Assembly: GCA_951406725.2 (NCBI GenBank)
Contig: OX597830.1
Coordinates: 7,936,001-8,000,000 of the forward strand
Direction of reading: 5' to 3'
Source: Octopus vulgaris
Lineage: Eukaryota
DNA length: 64,000 nucleotides
How positions within the stretch are numbered: the first letter of the stretch is position 1; every line of letters starts with the position of its first letter. The notes under the pieces are model-generated. The model was not told the origin of the DNA. It ran no database searches and saw nothing but the letters and a program-made list of their open reading frames with translations. The position numbers and the translations under genes are program-made. This document shows positions 43,612 through 56,843 of this stretch, one piece after another.

Positions 43612-43927
43612 GGAGCCAGAGTGGCTGTGAGCTACAAAGCTTATTTCCTGACCACATTGTTCTGGGTTCAGTCTCACTGCGAGGCACCTTGTGCAAGTGC
43701 TTTCTACTATAGCCTCGTGCCCAAAGGTTTGTGTGTGTGTGTGTGTGTGTACGTGTGTGTGTGTTGTTTTTGTCGCCTACTACCGCTGGACAACCGGTGT
43801 TGGTTTCTTGACGTCCCAGGAAATTAATTTTGTCTGCAAAACAGACAGAAAAAGCACCTGGTTTATAAAATAGGTCCCGGGTTCGATTCTCTCGACTAAA
43901 TATCCTTGAAACTTATACCCCAGCATG
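43612..43927 (+). mobile_element. SINE family A, diverged
   Basis: gagtggctgtg..gggttcagtctcactgcgaggcaccttg..ctggacaaccggtgttgg. Confidence 0.7.
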
Positions 43928-43974
43928 TATGTCTGCATAAATGTGTGTGTTTATGTATGTATCTATTTCATACA

Positions 43975-44115
43975 CCTTTACTTTCCTCATTCTTCTCTGT
44001 AAAAGAGCATGGGCCTGAAACGTCAAAAACACTTCCATTTTCCTCAGCGTCAAAATAATACACTTTGATTGTTTTGCTCTCACCTGTTGCTGTCTTTTGT
44101 CTTTATATACGTATA
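43975..44115 (+). mobile_element. PLE-like terminal fragment with decayed hammerhead; same family as 48070-48235
   Basis: ctgtaaaagagcatgggcctgaaacgtcaaaa..agcgtcaaaataatacac..cacctg..gtcttttg aligns with the reverse complement of the 48 kb copy. Confidence 0.6.
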
Positions 44116-44445
44116 AACAAATACGTATAAACAAATCTACCTTTGCTCGCAGTAAATGACAGATTCCAAAATACACTCAGTGCCAATTCCGCCATTTGGA
44201 ATAGGTAACAGAAGCTTGTACCTGACCTGCATACGTGGTGAAAATAGCAGCCACATATAACTCAAATTACAATAAACGGTTTTATACGAAGTCAGGCGGC
44301 ATTCTAACACGATGAATTAATTGAGGTACACACAGGTAAACTGTAAATACTATAACGGCATTAATTGGTGAATGTGAAGGAATCTCTTGTGTTCTTCGGT
44401 GGGGCTTCAAATGAATTTTAGACATGTGTGCGTTCATGGATGTGA

Positions 44446-44485
<40 letters not shown>

Positions 44486-44511
44486 GTTTCAGCAAATGTA
44501 TATCCATGTAA

Positions 44512-45096
<585 letters not shown>

Positions 45097-45410
45097 TGCG
45101 TACACACACATATATACAAGCAAAGCTACATACCTACATACAGCGGCACTGCCACATATCTTCTGGAAGAAATGTAACATATTCTAAGGAAAACGATGCA
45201 GGAATTCTCCAGTTTTGTGTTAAACTGAAAATGAACATGGAAAGAAATAGGGATATAAACAGACACACATATATGTATGTGTGTATGTATATACATATAG
45301 TTACATTACATATAGCTATGTACAGATATAGGTCTTTGTCATTTCCCCATTCTGGTGTGTGTGTGTGTGTGTGCATATAAATATATATAGATAGATAGAT
45401 AGATAGATAG

Positions 45411-45441
<31 letters not shown>

Positions 45442-45451
45442 CATACATACA

Positions 45452-45566
<115 letters not shown>

Positions 45567-45641
45567 GCCACGCACCGAATTTAGAAATAGGAGCTAAAAA
45601 TTCCTTTTCTACTAGCTATCGATTATAAATATATACACACA

Positions 45642-45765
<124 letters not shown>

Positions 45766-45911
45766 TACATACATTGCACTTACATGCATGCAGCATCCAT
45801 TCTATGATCAAAACCCTGCCGTCGTATGTATGAATATTTCACTGGTTGATAGTGAGGGTAGGTTAATCTTCCTTAATCTTCCGGCTGTATTAACATATGG
45901 TTTGTTTGTGA

Positions 45912-45950
<39 letters not shown>

Positions 45951-46223
45951 TGCGTTTCCAATCCATGTTGTTTATCCATGTCGGTCAACAGCCTGTCAAA
46001 GGGACACAAATCATGTTAGAAAACAACACTGACAGCACGGCTAAAATATCTACATCTTGTATCTGTCTCGGCTGCTGTGTCGTTTCGCATGTAAACGCTG
46101 CTAATTGAACATAGGCACTCACACACACACACATATTGCGATTATATGTGCATGCGTACCCATGCACGTATGTATGCACGTAAATGTGTGTGTGTGTGCA
46201 TGCATATATAGATAGATAGATAG

Positions 46224-46254
<31 letters not shown>

Positions 46255-46396
46255 ATATATATGTAAAATATATCTATATACGTGTGTATATATATATATA
46301 TATATACACGTATATATTATATATATATATTATATATATATTACATATATATTATATATGTAATATATATATAATATATATGTAAAATATATCTAT

Positions 46397-46435
<39 letters not shown>

Positions 46436-46744
46436 TATATATATATATATACATATATATATATGTATAAAGATATATTGTTATTTATACATTTACATAG
46501 ACATAAATATATATACACACAAACATATACATACATACATGTGTGTGTGTGTCTTTGTGTGTAAGATAAGAGTGCTGTATATATATTTATATATATTTAT
46601 ATATAAATATGTGAGAGAGTATTCATATATTAATATATATACATGGGTGTGTATATATGCATACTAATATACGGGTAGATGTGTGAATATGAGTGTGTGT
46701 GTATGCATGTATGCATGTATCTGTATGCATACTCTTTTTTCTTT

Positions 46745-47143
46745 TCTTTTCTGTCTTTTACTTGTTTCAGTCATTTGACTGCGGCCATGCTGGAGCATCG
46801 CCTTTAGTGGAACAAATCCACCCCAGTACTTATTCTTTGTAAGCCTAGTACTTGTTCTATTGGTCTCTTTTTGCTGAACCGCTATTTGATGGGAACGTAA
46901 AGACACCAACATCGGCTGTCAAGCGATGGTGGGGGTTACATATACAGACAGACACACACACACACACACACACGTATATAAATATATATATATACGACGG
47001 GCTTCTTTCAGTTTCCTTCTACTAAATCCACTCACAAAGCTTTTGTAAGTCCGAGGCTATAATAGAAGACACTTGCCCAGGGTGCCACGCAGTGGGGCTG
47101 AACCCGAAACCATGTGGTTCTTAACACACAGCCACATCTGCAC
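46745..47143 (-). mobile_element. SINE family A
   Basis: Colinear with 14774-15163. Confidence 0.88.
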
Positions 47144-47637
47144 CTACATATATATATATATACATATATATATACATGTATACACACATACATTCATACT
47201 TGTGTGTGTGTGTGTCAAAATCGGGTATCAAATTTGCATGTGTGTTCTTTGCTATTTCATTGCATGGTGAGTGTATAGAGTATGTTTTATGTAAAATTTC
47301 AACTATATAACGACATACACCGTACGCATTGTGTACGTCTTGCATACGGTTTCAGCGGTAGATACTGAAATAATATTGTCTTGTAATGAACATGGTTCGT
47401 GTCCAGCTGGTTTATCATTTGAACTGTGCTTCTTTTATGATTTGACTTGTGTTCGTCTAATTTAATGCTTCTCAACCTTTTCTTTCCCTTGTGTGACCCT
47501 TAAAATAAATTACATGCCTCAAGAAGCCCCTGCACAAAAAAAGCATTATATACCATATCTTTTTCATATTCTTTCATCGTAGTCCACGTGGTAAATATAT
47601 ATATAGATAGATACGTATATATATATATATATTATAT

Positions 47638-47895
47638 AAAGTAAAGACCCCCTTCGGTCATGAATGACCATGGGATTGCACCTAGAAAGTTACCCTCCTA
47701 GACACAAGTCCGGGCAAGGTTGTTTATGGAAGGCCAGCAGTCGCCCATGCATACCAGCCTCCCCTCTCCACGCCACCTGTGTTATCCAAGGGAAAGGACA
47801 AAGGTCGATACAGCTTGGCACCAGTGACGTCGCAACTCATTTCTACAGCTGAGTGAACTGGAGCAACGTGAAATAAAGTGCTTTGCTCAAGAACA
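47638..47895 (-). mobile_element. CORE-type SINE family C, lacking the head
   Basis: Near-identical to 44558-44815. Confidence 0.9.
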
Positions 47896-48069
47896 TATAT
47901 ATATATAATATAATATACTATACTATACTGTACTATACTATACTATACTATAATATTGTAATATTAATATCATCTTATTTAACTATTATGTTATCAAAAA
48001 TATATAACAACCATTGGGGATATATAAGTGTGTGTGTGTGTGTGTGTGTGCGTGTGTGTGTTATATATA

Positions 48070-48235
48070 GTTTAAATTTACAGAAAAACAAAAGACGAAG
48101 GCCAGGTGTATAAACAACAAGCAGGTGTGTTAGTTTGACGCTCGGGAAGGTGAGAACGTCTTTTACGTTTCGAGCCGACGCTCTTCAACAGAAACGAACA
48201 CGATGAAATAAGCAGAGGGGGAATTTTAAAAAGAC
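48070..48235 (-). mobile_element. PLE-like terminal fragment with a variant hammerhead motif (48158-48194)
   Basis: Minus: ttt-CTGTTGA-A-GAGC(GTCG)GCTC-GAAAC-GT-A-aaa. Confidence 0.6.
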
Positions 48236-48282
48236 TTTTGGAGTTATCGGTGAATTATGACGACTGTAGATATATATATATA

Positions 48283-48613
48283 CAGGCTGATTCAAAAGTC
48301 GCCATACATAGGAACAATATATCTTTTTTACAAGAAGCAGTTTATAAGAACAGTTTTTTTTATATGGTTACAATTGTTTTGAATTCACATTGCAATACGT
48401 TAACCCCACTCACTGTGAACTTGTAATTGCACATCTGGTGATGCGTGTGCAAAGGATTTGGTGATGCGGTCCTTCAAATGATTTAGGTCTTTTATCTTTC
48501 TGCGATACCTTTCAAATGCCCCCAAAGATAGAAATCAAGATCAGGGGATCTAAGGGACTGCTTCTTATAGAAAAATGTTTTTTCATAAGTATGGAGACTT
48601 TTGAATCACCCTG
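48283..48613 (-). mobile_element. Internally deleted Tc1/mariner DNA transposon
   Basis: TIRs caggctgattcaaaagtcgccatac / gtatggagacttttgaatcaccctg with TA on both sides; internal minus translation SPDLDFYLWGHLK..YRRKIKDLNHLKDRIT. Confidence 0.88.
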
Positions 48614-48735
48614 TATATCTATCTATCTATAAAGATATACACACACACAAATATGTATATATACTTATGCATATACACATATATATATACATACAAAGAT
48701 GCATACCTACATATAGCGGCACTGCCACACATCTT

Positions 48736-48792
<57 letters not shown>

Positions 48793-48929
48793 TTGTTATA
48801 TTGTTTTGATAACATAATAGGTTAGATAGGATGATGTCTATATTACAATATTACAAGATGACCAATAATATGTTGTGCACGTATAGTAATATTATGATCA
48901 TGAAATTAGCATTAGCTTATCTCACTCTT

Positions 48930-48988
48930 TTTTACGGAACCCCTAAGAGCCTTTTTCGGAAACCTAGGGTTCCGAGGAACTCCGGTTG
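48930..48988. mobile_element. Possible hAT-type MITE end remnant
   Basis: acggaacccct..ggaaacctagggttccgaggaac; resemblance to hAT MITE subtermini is from memory only. Confidence 0.3.
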
Positions 48989-49879
48989 GTCACCATCACC
49001 ACCATCATCGTCGTCGTCGTCACCATCAATTTTTGAAACTATTGTTTTTGTTGTTGTTATTGTTGTTGTTGTTGCTACTGCTGCAGTTGGTGATGATATC
49101 ATTCTTGTTGTTGTTATTATTATCAACGTCGTCAACATTGTTGCCATTTGCACCATCATCATCATTATCATTATTATCGTATAATTTTTCTTGTTCCTCC
49201 GTTACTTAGCCCGTCCGTAACACTTCCACGGGATTAGTTGAAGGGGAAGGGAAGGGTAGAGGATGGGTGGGGAGATGTAGGAGGTGAAGGGTAGGAGAGG
49301 AGATGTAGGAGGGGAGAGATAGAAGGGGAAGGTTAGGAGGGGAGTGGTAGAAGAGGAGAGTAGAGGTAAGCGGAGACGGGTAGGAGAGGATAAGCAGAGG
49401 AGAGAGATGGGAAGGAGATAGGGAAGTGAGAAGTGGTTGTGAGTGAATTTTTTTATTTTTTTACTTATATTTTTCCTTGTTATTTAGTCTGTCTGTAACG
49501 TTTTCACGTGATTAGTTGAAGGGAAAGGCGAAGAACGAAAGAAAAAAGGAGAGAGAAATAGAGAGTAAGGCGAAGAGTGTCAGAGAAAGAGGAAGAGTAT
49601 TGTGTATTAAGTCTATAAAACTGTGCATGAAATATATAAAGCGTATATATATATATAAAGTGCATTAAATAATCATTGTATTCTAATTTCCTTCACTTTT
49701 CAATGATTAACAGATTAGCGACTATATTTGATGCAGACACAACAGATATCTTTGATTTTTTTCAGAAATAACCCGATAAGTTTACCATTGCTTCTGTGAA
49801 ATATCCACGGGTCCTGCTGCTCAATATTATTATATCATACTATTACCTGCTAATATATTTCGTCGTGATGTTATCCAAA

Positions 49880-50070
49880 GGTTTGTTGACAGCAAACATC
49901 CTCAGAACTCACGAATCTTCTTTAGGATTCTTGCAGGATACAAGATGCACTTTTCTCTCAGTAGACAATGCAAGTCTTAATTCTGATATTCTTCAGTCTC
50001 TTAGAATTTTGGGGTGTTCTGGAGGGACAATTGTCATTTACGTCTTCCACTATTTCGTCAACTTTGGTTA
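49880..50070 (-). mobile_element. Highly decayed R4/Dong-type 3' fragment
   Basis: Minus: W..MTIVP..KRLKNIRI..EKSA..ARILKKI followed by stop and gctgtcaac. Confidence 0.5.
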
Positions 50071-50199
50071 CGTTGTGACATTTTCTGTTTTCCTGACTTT
50101 TACGCAGCTAATGTATAGCTTTACAAAATCATTATTACCATTATTGTTGTTGTTGCTGTTGTTATTATACCATGAAAACCTCTCAGTCTTATTTCGCTG

Positions 50200-50745
50200 G
50201 GTATGATGGTAAGTGTCAGCAGTCCCCACCCAGCAGACAAAGATGAACCTAAGTCTGCTTCAAGAATCTTCCGGAGAGCGCTTGCAGTTCCAAAACGATT
50301 TTTGTAACTGCTCTATCTTTAAATTTGTTCTAATCTTTTTTAGACATGTCGGTTGTTGAGTGCTGATCCTTCCAAGCATGCCAATCACTATCGCTATCAC
50401 GTCCACTCTCTTCATTGCCCACAACTTGCATACTTCCCGCCTTCAATTCATCAAAGTTGTTCATTTTTTTCTTCTTTCTCTCTAATCCTGTTGTCAACGG
50501 AACATGCTATGTCAATTATCAAGAATGTTTTTTTTTCTTCTTTTCTCTTCACAATAATGTCAGGTTTCCAATGTTTAATCTGATAGTCAAACTGAATCAC
50601 TACATCCCATAGGATTTTGCAATCCTCTTTCTCAATAACGTCTTCTGGGATTTGGCCACACCACACCTTTGATCTTTCTAGGCCATTATTTCCACAAGGA
50701 TCCCAATGGATCGTTCTTGTCACATTGTCATGTCGCTTTTTGTAC
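50200..50745 (-). mobile_element. Degenerate R4/Dong-type LINE RLE fragment
   Basis: KRHDNVTRTIHWD..KILWDVVIQFD..KPDIIVKRKEEK..IIDIACSVDNRIREKEEK. Confidence 0.85.
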
Positions 50746-50759
50746 TAACATTATTATTA

Positions 50760-50957
50760 AAATCGTTAGTGCGGCAAACAAAATGCTTTGTGGTATTTCT
50801 TCCGGCTTTAAACTTTGAGTTCAAATTGCGTCGAGGTCGTTTTTTGTCTTTCATACTTTTGGGGTCAATAATATAAGCATCGGTTGATCATTGGGGTCAA
50901 TGTAGTCGACTCATTCCCTACCCCAAAATTTCAGGCCTTGCGCCTATAATAAAAACT
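50760..50957 (+). mobile_element. SINE family B, diverged
   Basis: gagttcaaattgcgtcgaggtcg..ctttcatacttttggggtcaata. Confidence 0.75.
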
Positions 50958-50994
50958 ATTATTATTGTTGTTGTAGTTGTTGTTGTTAATATTA

Positions 50995-51085
<91 letters not shown>

Positions 51086-51134
51086 CATCATCATCATCAT
51101 CATTATAATCATCATTATTATCATTATTATTATT
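50958..51134. repeat. (TTA)n/(TCA)n microsatellite
   Basis: Direct inspection. Confidence 0.95.
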
Positions 51135-51533
51135 GAGTGAGAGGGCAGTGCATGCCATCAAAGTGGCACTGGGGTAAAATATACGAAGCCCAGAATACCC
51201 ATCATGACTATCCGTCTGATAAGGGTACACCAGCCACATGCATCACAACCATATGTGCGTGACATATCAAGATAAACAGTGCATGACCTTGCAGATGGGG
51301 GCCCAGTTAGAATTTTCTTCAGGTCTAGTGGCCGATCCCGCTCAAAAGGTCCCTGAATAAGGGTTGTTAAAGGATGCTGAACGAAGCACCCATGTTTCCA
51401 AAGGTGAATTACCCAAACCCCAAATAATTCCTCTCGACACATAGCTATGATGCACCCCCACTACTTCCGCTCGTGTCATAAATGCACACATCGTCAACCA
51501 CTAAGGGACATGCTCAACTGGTTAAGGTCAAAC
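51135..51533 (-). mobile_element. Unclassified ~400-bp GC-richer element with an (AAT)n tail
   Basis: Sharp compositional boundaries, abuts (TTA)n; no ORF or clear pol III boxes recognised; single copy in the window. Confidence 0.5.
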
Positions 51534-51969
51534 AATATTATTGACTCTTAACGTTTACATGTATCTTTCTCCGTTCACGGACTTCACATTTTCAAGCATA
51601 ACCAAACGAAATTCTTTTGTATTTGTTGCCAATAAGCATTTTAATCACCCAGGGGTACAAAAAGTAAAGTTTGTTTCCGTAGACCTTATTTTTTATTTGC
51701 TTTCAGATTTTTGACGCTATCTCACTTTAAAATGTCTACTGGACATTTCTACAGCCTTCAACAAAACAAAAACAATAAAAACAAACATTAAAAAGAAAGC
51801 AAGAAAACCAAATTATATCCCAAAAGAAATATGTACGAAAAAGAGAAAAAATGGTGAAGATGTAATGGAAGAAGAAATTATTTCGCGCAGCAGTAGAAAT
51901 ATTTTGAATATAGAAGTAAAGTTAACAACAGAACTCATACACAGACAAACGTGTTAGAAAATGCAGATA

Positions 51970-52213
51970 GGCGTAGGAGTGGATGTGTGGTAAGTAGCTT
52001 GCTTACGAACCACATGGTTCCAGGTTCAGTACCACTGCGTGGCACCTTGGGCAAGTGTCTTCTACTACAGCTTCGGGTCTACCAAAGCCTTGTGAGTGGA
52101 TTTGGTAGACGTAAACTGAAAGAAGCCTGTCGTATATATGTATATGTATATATGTATATGTATATATGTATATGTATATATGTATATGTATATATATATA
52201 TGTGTGTGTGTGT

Positions 52214-52247
<34 letters not shown>

Positions 52248-52466
52248 CTGTGTCTGTGTCTGTGTTTGTCCCCCCAACATCGCTTGACAACCGATGCTGG
52301 TGTGTTTACGTCCCTGTAACTGAGCGGTCCGGCAAAAGAGACCGATAGAATAAGTACTAGGCTTCCAAAGAATAAGTCCTGGGGTCGATGTGCTCGGCTA
52401 AAGCCGCTGCTCCAGCATGGCCACAGTCAAATGACCGAAACAAGTAAAAGAGTAAAGAATAAAGAG
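51970..52466 (+). mobile_element. SINE family A, full length
   Basis: Complete head, internal (TATATG)n(TG)n, 3' module and tail. Confidence 0.92.
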
Positions 52467-53356
52467 TATAGCAGGAGCGTGAAAGAAGCAAGGAAGGTTC
52501 TTCTCTGTCATCACAAGGACAGTATTTTCAGTCTCCCAGAAAGAAATTACTTGTCCAACCTGAGTTAACTCTAACGGTGATTCTTTGATCCGGAGCTAAT
52601 TCAATGGAGAGTAATCGGATGTCTTAAGAAGAAGGATGGCAGGGTTTGCAGATTCCGTCGAAATAGCTACAAGAAGAAGCACAAAATCAGCCAACTCGCC
52701 ACAGAAATCTTGTTAAACCAGTGTCCTCAGAAAAACGCCATAGTGAGTCGCCATCGTGCAATAGGGTTATAAAGGCGCTGTAAATTATACGCCATATTAT
52801 CGTTCGAAATTTGACGGCGAAATGTTTTAGAGACGTTTAAAAAACAAAAGAGAATAATAATCATGTGAAAGGCAATATTACTAACGTGCTCACCACAGTA
52901 TTATAGCCGCATGATGTAAAATATCCTGTACACTCTGAGATATTCCGAACCTGCTGTGCACAAAATATATTAATAGACGTCTTGGCTTCAACAGAATACT
53001 TTACGAGAAATATCAAAAAGGCAAGGTTGTTAGATGCTTCGAGACAACAGTATGGATTCCCATTCGTGTGTGGTCAAGATTTACCAAAGGATTTACATGT
53101 ATTATGTTCTAATTTAAACAACAGCTTATTTTTTATTATGATGTTTTATATTATGGCATATATATTTCTTGATTTATCAAATATTTAAACCATCTACTGT
53201 ATAATACCACCATACCTTCGCAGAATTTTATATACGCTTATCCAGTCCCTTATTGCAAACCTTGTCCTTTCTAACGTTCATGGTATTTTGTAGCAAATTT
53301 TGAACCCTTGGAAATAATAAAGACCTTTTTGTTGTTGTTGTTGTTGTTGTTGTTAC

Positions 53357-53410
<54 letters not shown>

Positions 53411-53846
53411 CCTCGCCATCGTCATCGTCATCGTTATCACCAACGTCCTCATAGCAATATGATTCAGAACGGAAGCGAAGTGGACCAGACTCTCTGGAGC
53501 CTCTCCACATTCCTTCTAGTATTCAGTTCGGTCGTCATTTTACATTTTTAAGTTCAACTCCATAGAAATTGAAACTACATGGCAGCCATATATTCAGCAG
53601 TACTGCCTACATCATATATATATACATGTGTATACATGTTTGTATGTGTGTATATATATACATGTGTGTGTGCATACGTATGTATGTGTACGTGTATATA
53701 TATAAATGTGAGTGTGTGTACACATACATATATATTTACACACAAACACGCACTCACACACATATACTTTTTGTATTTGTTGGCCATGTGGTTGCGATCA
53801 TGCTGGAACAACCTGTGCGCACATGTATACACATACATTTTCACAT

Positions 53847-53881
<35 letters not shown>

Positions 53882-53961
53882 CAAATATATATATATGGAC
53901 CTGTATATATATATATACATATATATACATACATATATATATATAAATAATATATATGTGT

Positions 53962-54002
<41 letters not shown>

Positions 54003-54003
54003 A

Positions 54004-54235
54004 AAGGCGGCGAGCTGGTAGAAACGTTAGCACGCCGGGCGAAATTCGTAGCCGTATTTCGTCTGTCGTTACGTTCCGAGTTCAAATTCCGCCGAGGTCG
54101 ACTTTGCCTTTCATCCTTTCGGGGTCGATAAATTAAGTACCAGTTACGCACTGGGGTCGATGTAGTCGACTTAATCCCTTTGTCTGTCCTTGTTTGTCCC
54201 CTCTGTGTTTAGCCCCTTGTGGGTAGTAAAGAAAT
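54004..54235 (+). mobile_element. SINE family B, full length, young
   Basis: aaggcggcgagctggtagaaacgttag, B-box-like gagttcaaattcc, gcctttcatcctttcggggtcgataaattaagtaccag; flanked by (TA)n. Confidence 0.92.
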
Positions 54236-55574
54236 ATATATATATATATATATATATGGGTACATGACGTCACCAACTGTGTAAACAACATGAAGTACGA
54301 AAACAAACGAGTTAAATACGCAAACAACCAGAGAAAAAATGGGAAAACAGGACAAGTAAACATAGAGAACGACCCTTCATCGGTTATTGGCTATCTATCT
54401 ACTCCTCATTTCGAGCATTCAACGACAATATGGATCATCAAAACAATTGCTCCAATAAATTCCAAAGCAAAAATTTATGATTTATGGAGGGTCAAATTTG
54501 GGAACAAAAACAGGACACTGGAGACATACAAGGAAACCGAACGAAAACAAACACGGAGGGTCGCTAGACCAGAACGAGAGGAAAATAGTGAACGGTGGGA
54601 GAAATATCTTCGTTGAAAAGAGAAAAGATAGAATAGAGAGATAGAAAACGTCCAGTCCTTAGAACGTCGTGCAGGAAAAGAAAGATGGTCTCGTGAGGAA
54701 AAGAAAGATGGTCGATGGTCACGTATGAGCACGAGAGAAAAAAGAGAAAGGGGAGAGAGAGAGATAGAAAACGGTGAAGGGGAGAAAACGGCAATTAGAC
54801 AAGAATAAGGAGAAAAACAGTTTAGAGTAGAGTCACATCAAAAAGGTTAAGATAAACTTACTTGGAAATGGATGCTTTGATATATTTGATATACATATCT
54901 ATTGCGCCATCATATCCTGTCGTACTGCAGTGAACCTGCTTGGCGTTTTCCAAAGGAAGTAGTGATTTTTCTTGTATTTTGTTATCTTTTGTCAGGATTC
55001 ACTTCTTTATGAGACCGTCCTTCTGTTTTTACTTGTTATACTACCAGCGACAGTTTGTTCTTGGTCTCCTGTTCACCATAGGACTATGGGATAGTGATGC
55101 TCATTGCTAAGGTCGGTGGACGGAGTATCTACTGACATATTTCTTTGACAAATTACCTGGAAAGCCTCTTCTACAATTGCTCGAGTTGTGACTGACTGTG
55201 CTCTGCTAACCAGAGCTGCCTAATGTTTCATGCTCCTTGTTCTGCTGAGTGTACACCAGGAAAAATTAGTTCTTAGATTACAGATCTTCTACTAAAGAAA
55301 ATTAGTAGCACTATAAAAAATGTTTCCGAAACAATCTTATGTTTCAAAAAGATTTTGGCAAGAGAGTCAGCAGGAAGTCTTTCTTCTCTAATCTAAAAAC
55401 AAAACACTGACAGCCCAAAGAAATCTACTTAAATATAGAAGGAGGAAAAAGGGGTGAAAAGAAGAAGGGAGTGGGAGGGAACGAGGGAAAGCAAGAGGAA
55501 GTGAGGGTCCGATAGGAGAAAACGGTGGACGGATTGGGGGATGAAAGGGAGGTTGGATGGACAGGGGGTGAATG

Positions 55575-55705
55575 GCTGGCTGGGTAGCTGGATGGCTGGA
55601 TGAATGGATGAATGGATTGATGGATGGATGGATGGATGGATTGATGGATGGATGGATGGATGGATGGATGGATGGATGGATGGATGGATGGATGGATCCA
55701 TCCAA
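55575..55705. repeat. (GGAT)n microsatellite
   Basis: Direct inspection. Confidence 0.95.
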
Positions 55706-56217
55706 TACACCCTCCCACCCTAGATATTCTAACACACCTATATTCCAATATTAAATCATTCGTTCATTCAAGCGGAAGCTGTAAACACATCTGGCATCGA
55801 TCAACTCTCGATTGATTGATTATTCAATCACAAACTGTTCAATTTTCATAATTTATTGATTATTGATATCGATTTTATCATGGATTATATCCTAGGTTGA
55901 TATGCAATCTTGATATCCTGTTATTTTCGGTGCATCATTTAATGAGACGGGGGTATCTCCTTCGAGCTGTACTTCCATATATGAGGGTATGCATCGTTAC
56001 GTGTGTAATATATAAAAATATGTGTTTATGTATATATATGAATATGTGTATGTATATTTATATATACCAACCGGTCCATATATATGAATGTATATATATT
56101 TTATATATGTATGTACATATATCTGTATTTACATAAAGTATATATGTATGTATATATATGCATATATATGCATTTATGTGTATATATATATATATATGTA
56201 CATATTTGTGTGCGTGT

Positions 56218-56378
56218 TCGTGTTTGTCCACACACCATCGCTTGACAACCTGTTTGACAAAAGAGACCAACAGAATAAATTCTAGGTTTACAAAGAATAA
56301 GTCCTGCGGACGATTTGTTCGACTAAAGGCGGTGCTCCAGCATAGCCGCAGTCAAATGACTGAAACAAGTAAAAGAAT
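56218..56378 (+). mobile_element. SINE family A, 3' half
   Basis: tttgtcc..atcgcttgacaacc..aaggcggtgctccagcatagccgcagtcaaatgactgaaacaagtaaaag. Confidence 0.85.
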
Positions 56379-56388
56379 ATATATATAT

Positions 56389-56545
56389 ACGACGGACTTC
56401 TTTCAGTTTCCTATCTACCAAATCCACTCACAAAGCTTTGGCCTGCTCGAGGCTATAGTAGAAGACACTTGCCCAAGGTGCCACGCAGTGGGACTGAACA
56501 CGGAATCATGTGGTTGGGAAGCAAGCTTCTTACCACCCAGCCACC
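56389..56545 (-). mobile_element. SINE family A, 5' half (inverted relative to the neighbouring 3' half)
   Basis: gacggacttctttcagtttcc..cttaccacccagccac. Confidence 0.85.
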
Positions 56546-56695
56546 GATCACATCAGGAAAAATTCGTTTTCTTCTGGTGAATCAAAACTTAAAATTAAAA
56601 TTTGATTCAGAGAAAATATCAACATATGGAATGTTTCATAAACATCTCGCTCTGGCAGAAAGTCCTTATGAAAATACCTTGATTCGAATGAACCC

Positions 56696-56701
56696 TACAC
56701 A

Positions 56702-56752
<51 letters not shown>

Positions 56753-56806
56753 ACACATGCATACATACACACATAACACACACACACACACATACACACA
56801 CACATG

Positions 56807-56843
<37 letters not shown>

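Noticed and set aside
54860-55260. Possible minus-strand exon ending at a gtaagt donor
   Set aside because: The frames I translated hit stops and showed no recognisable motif.
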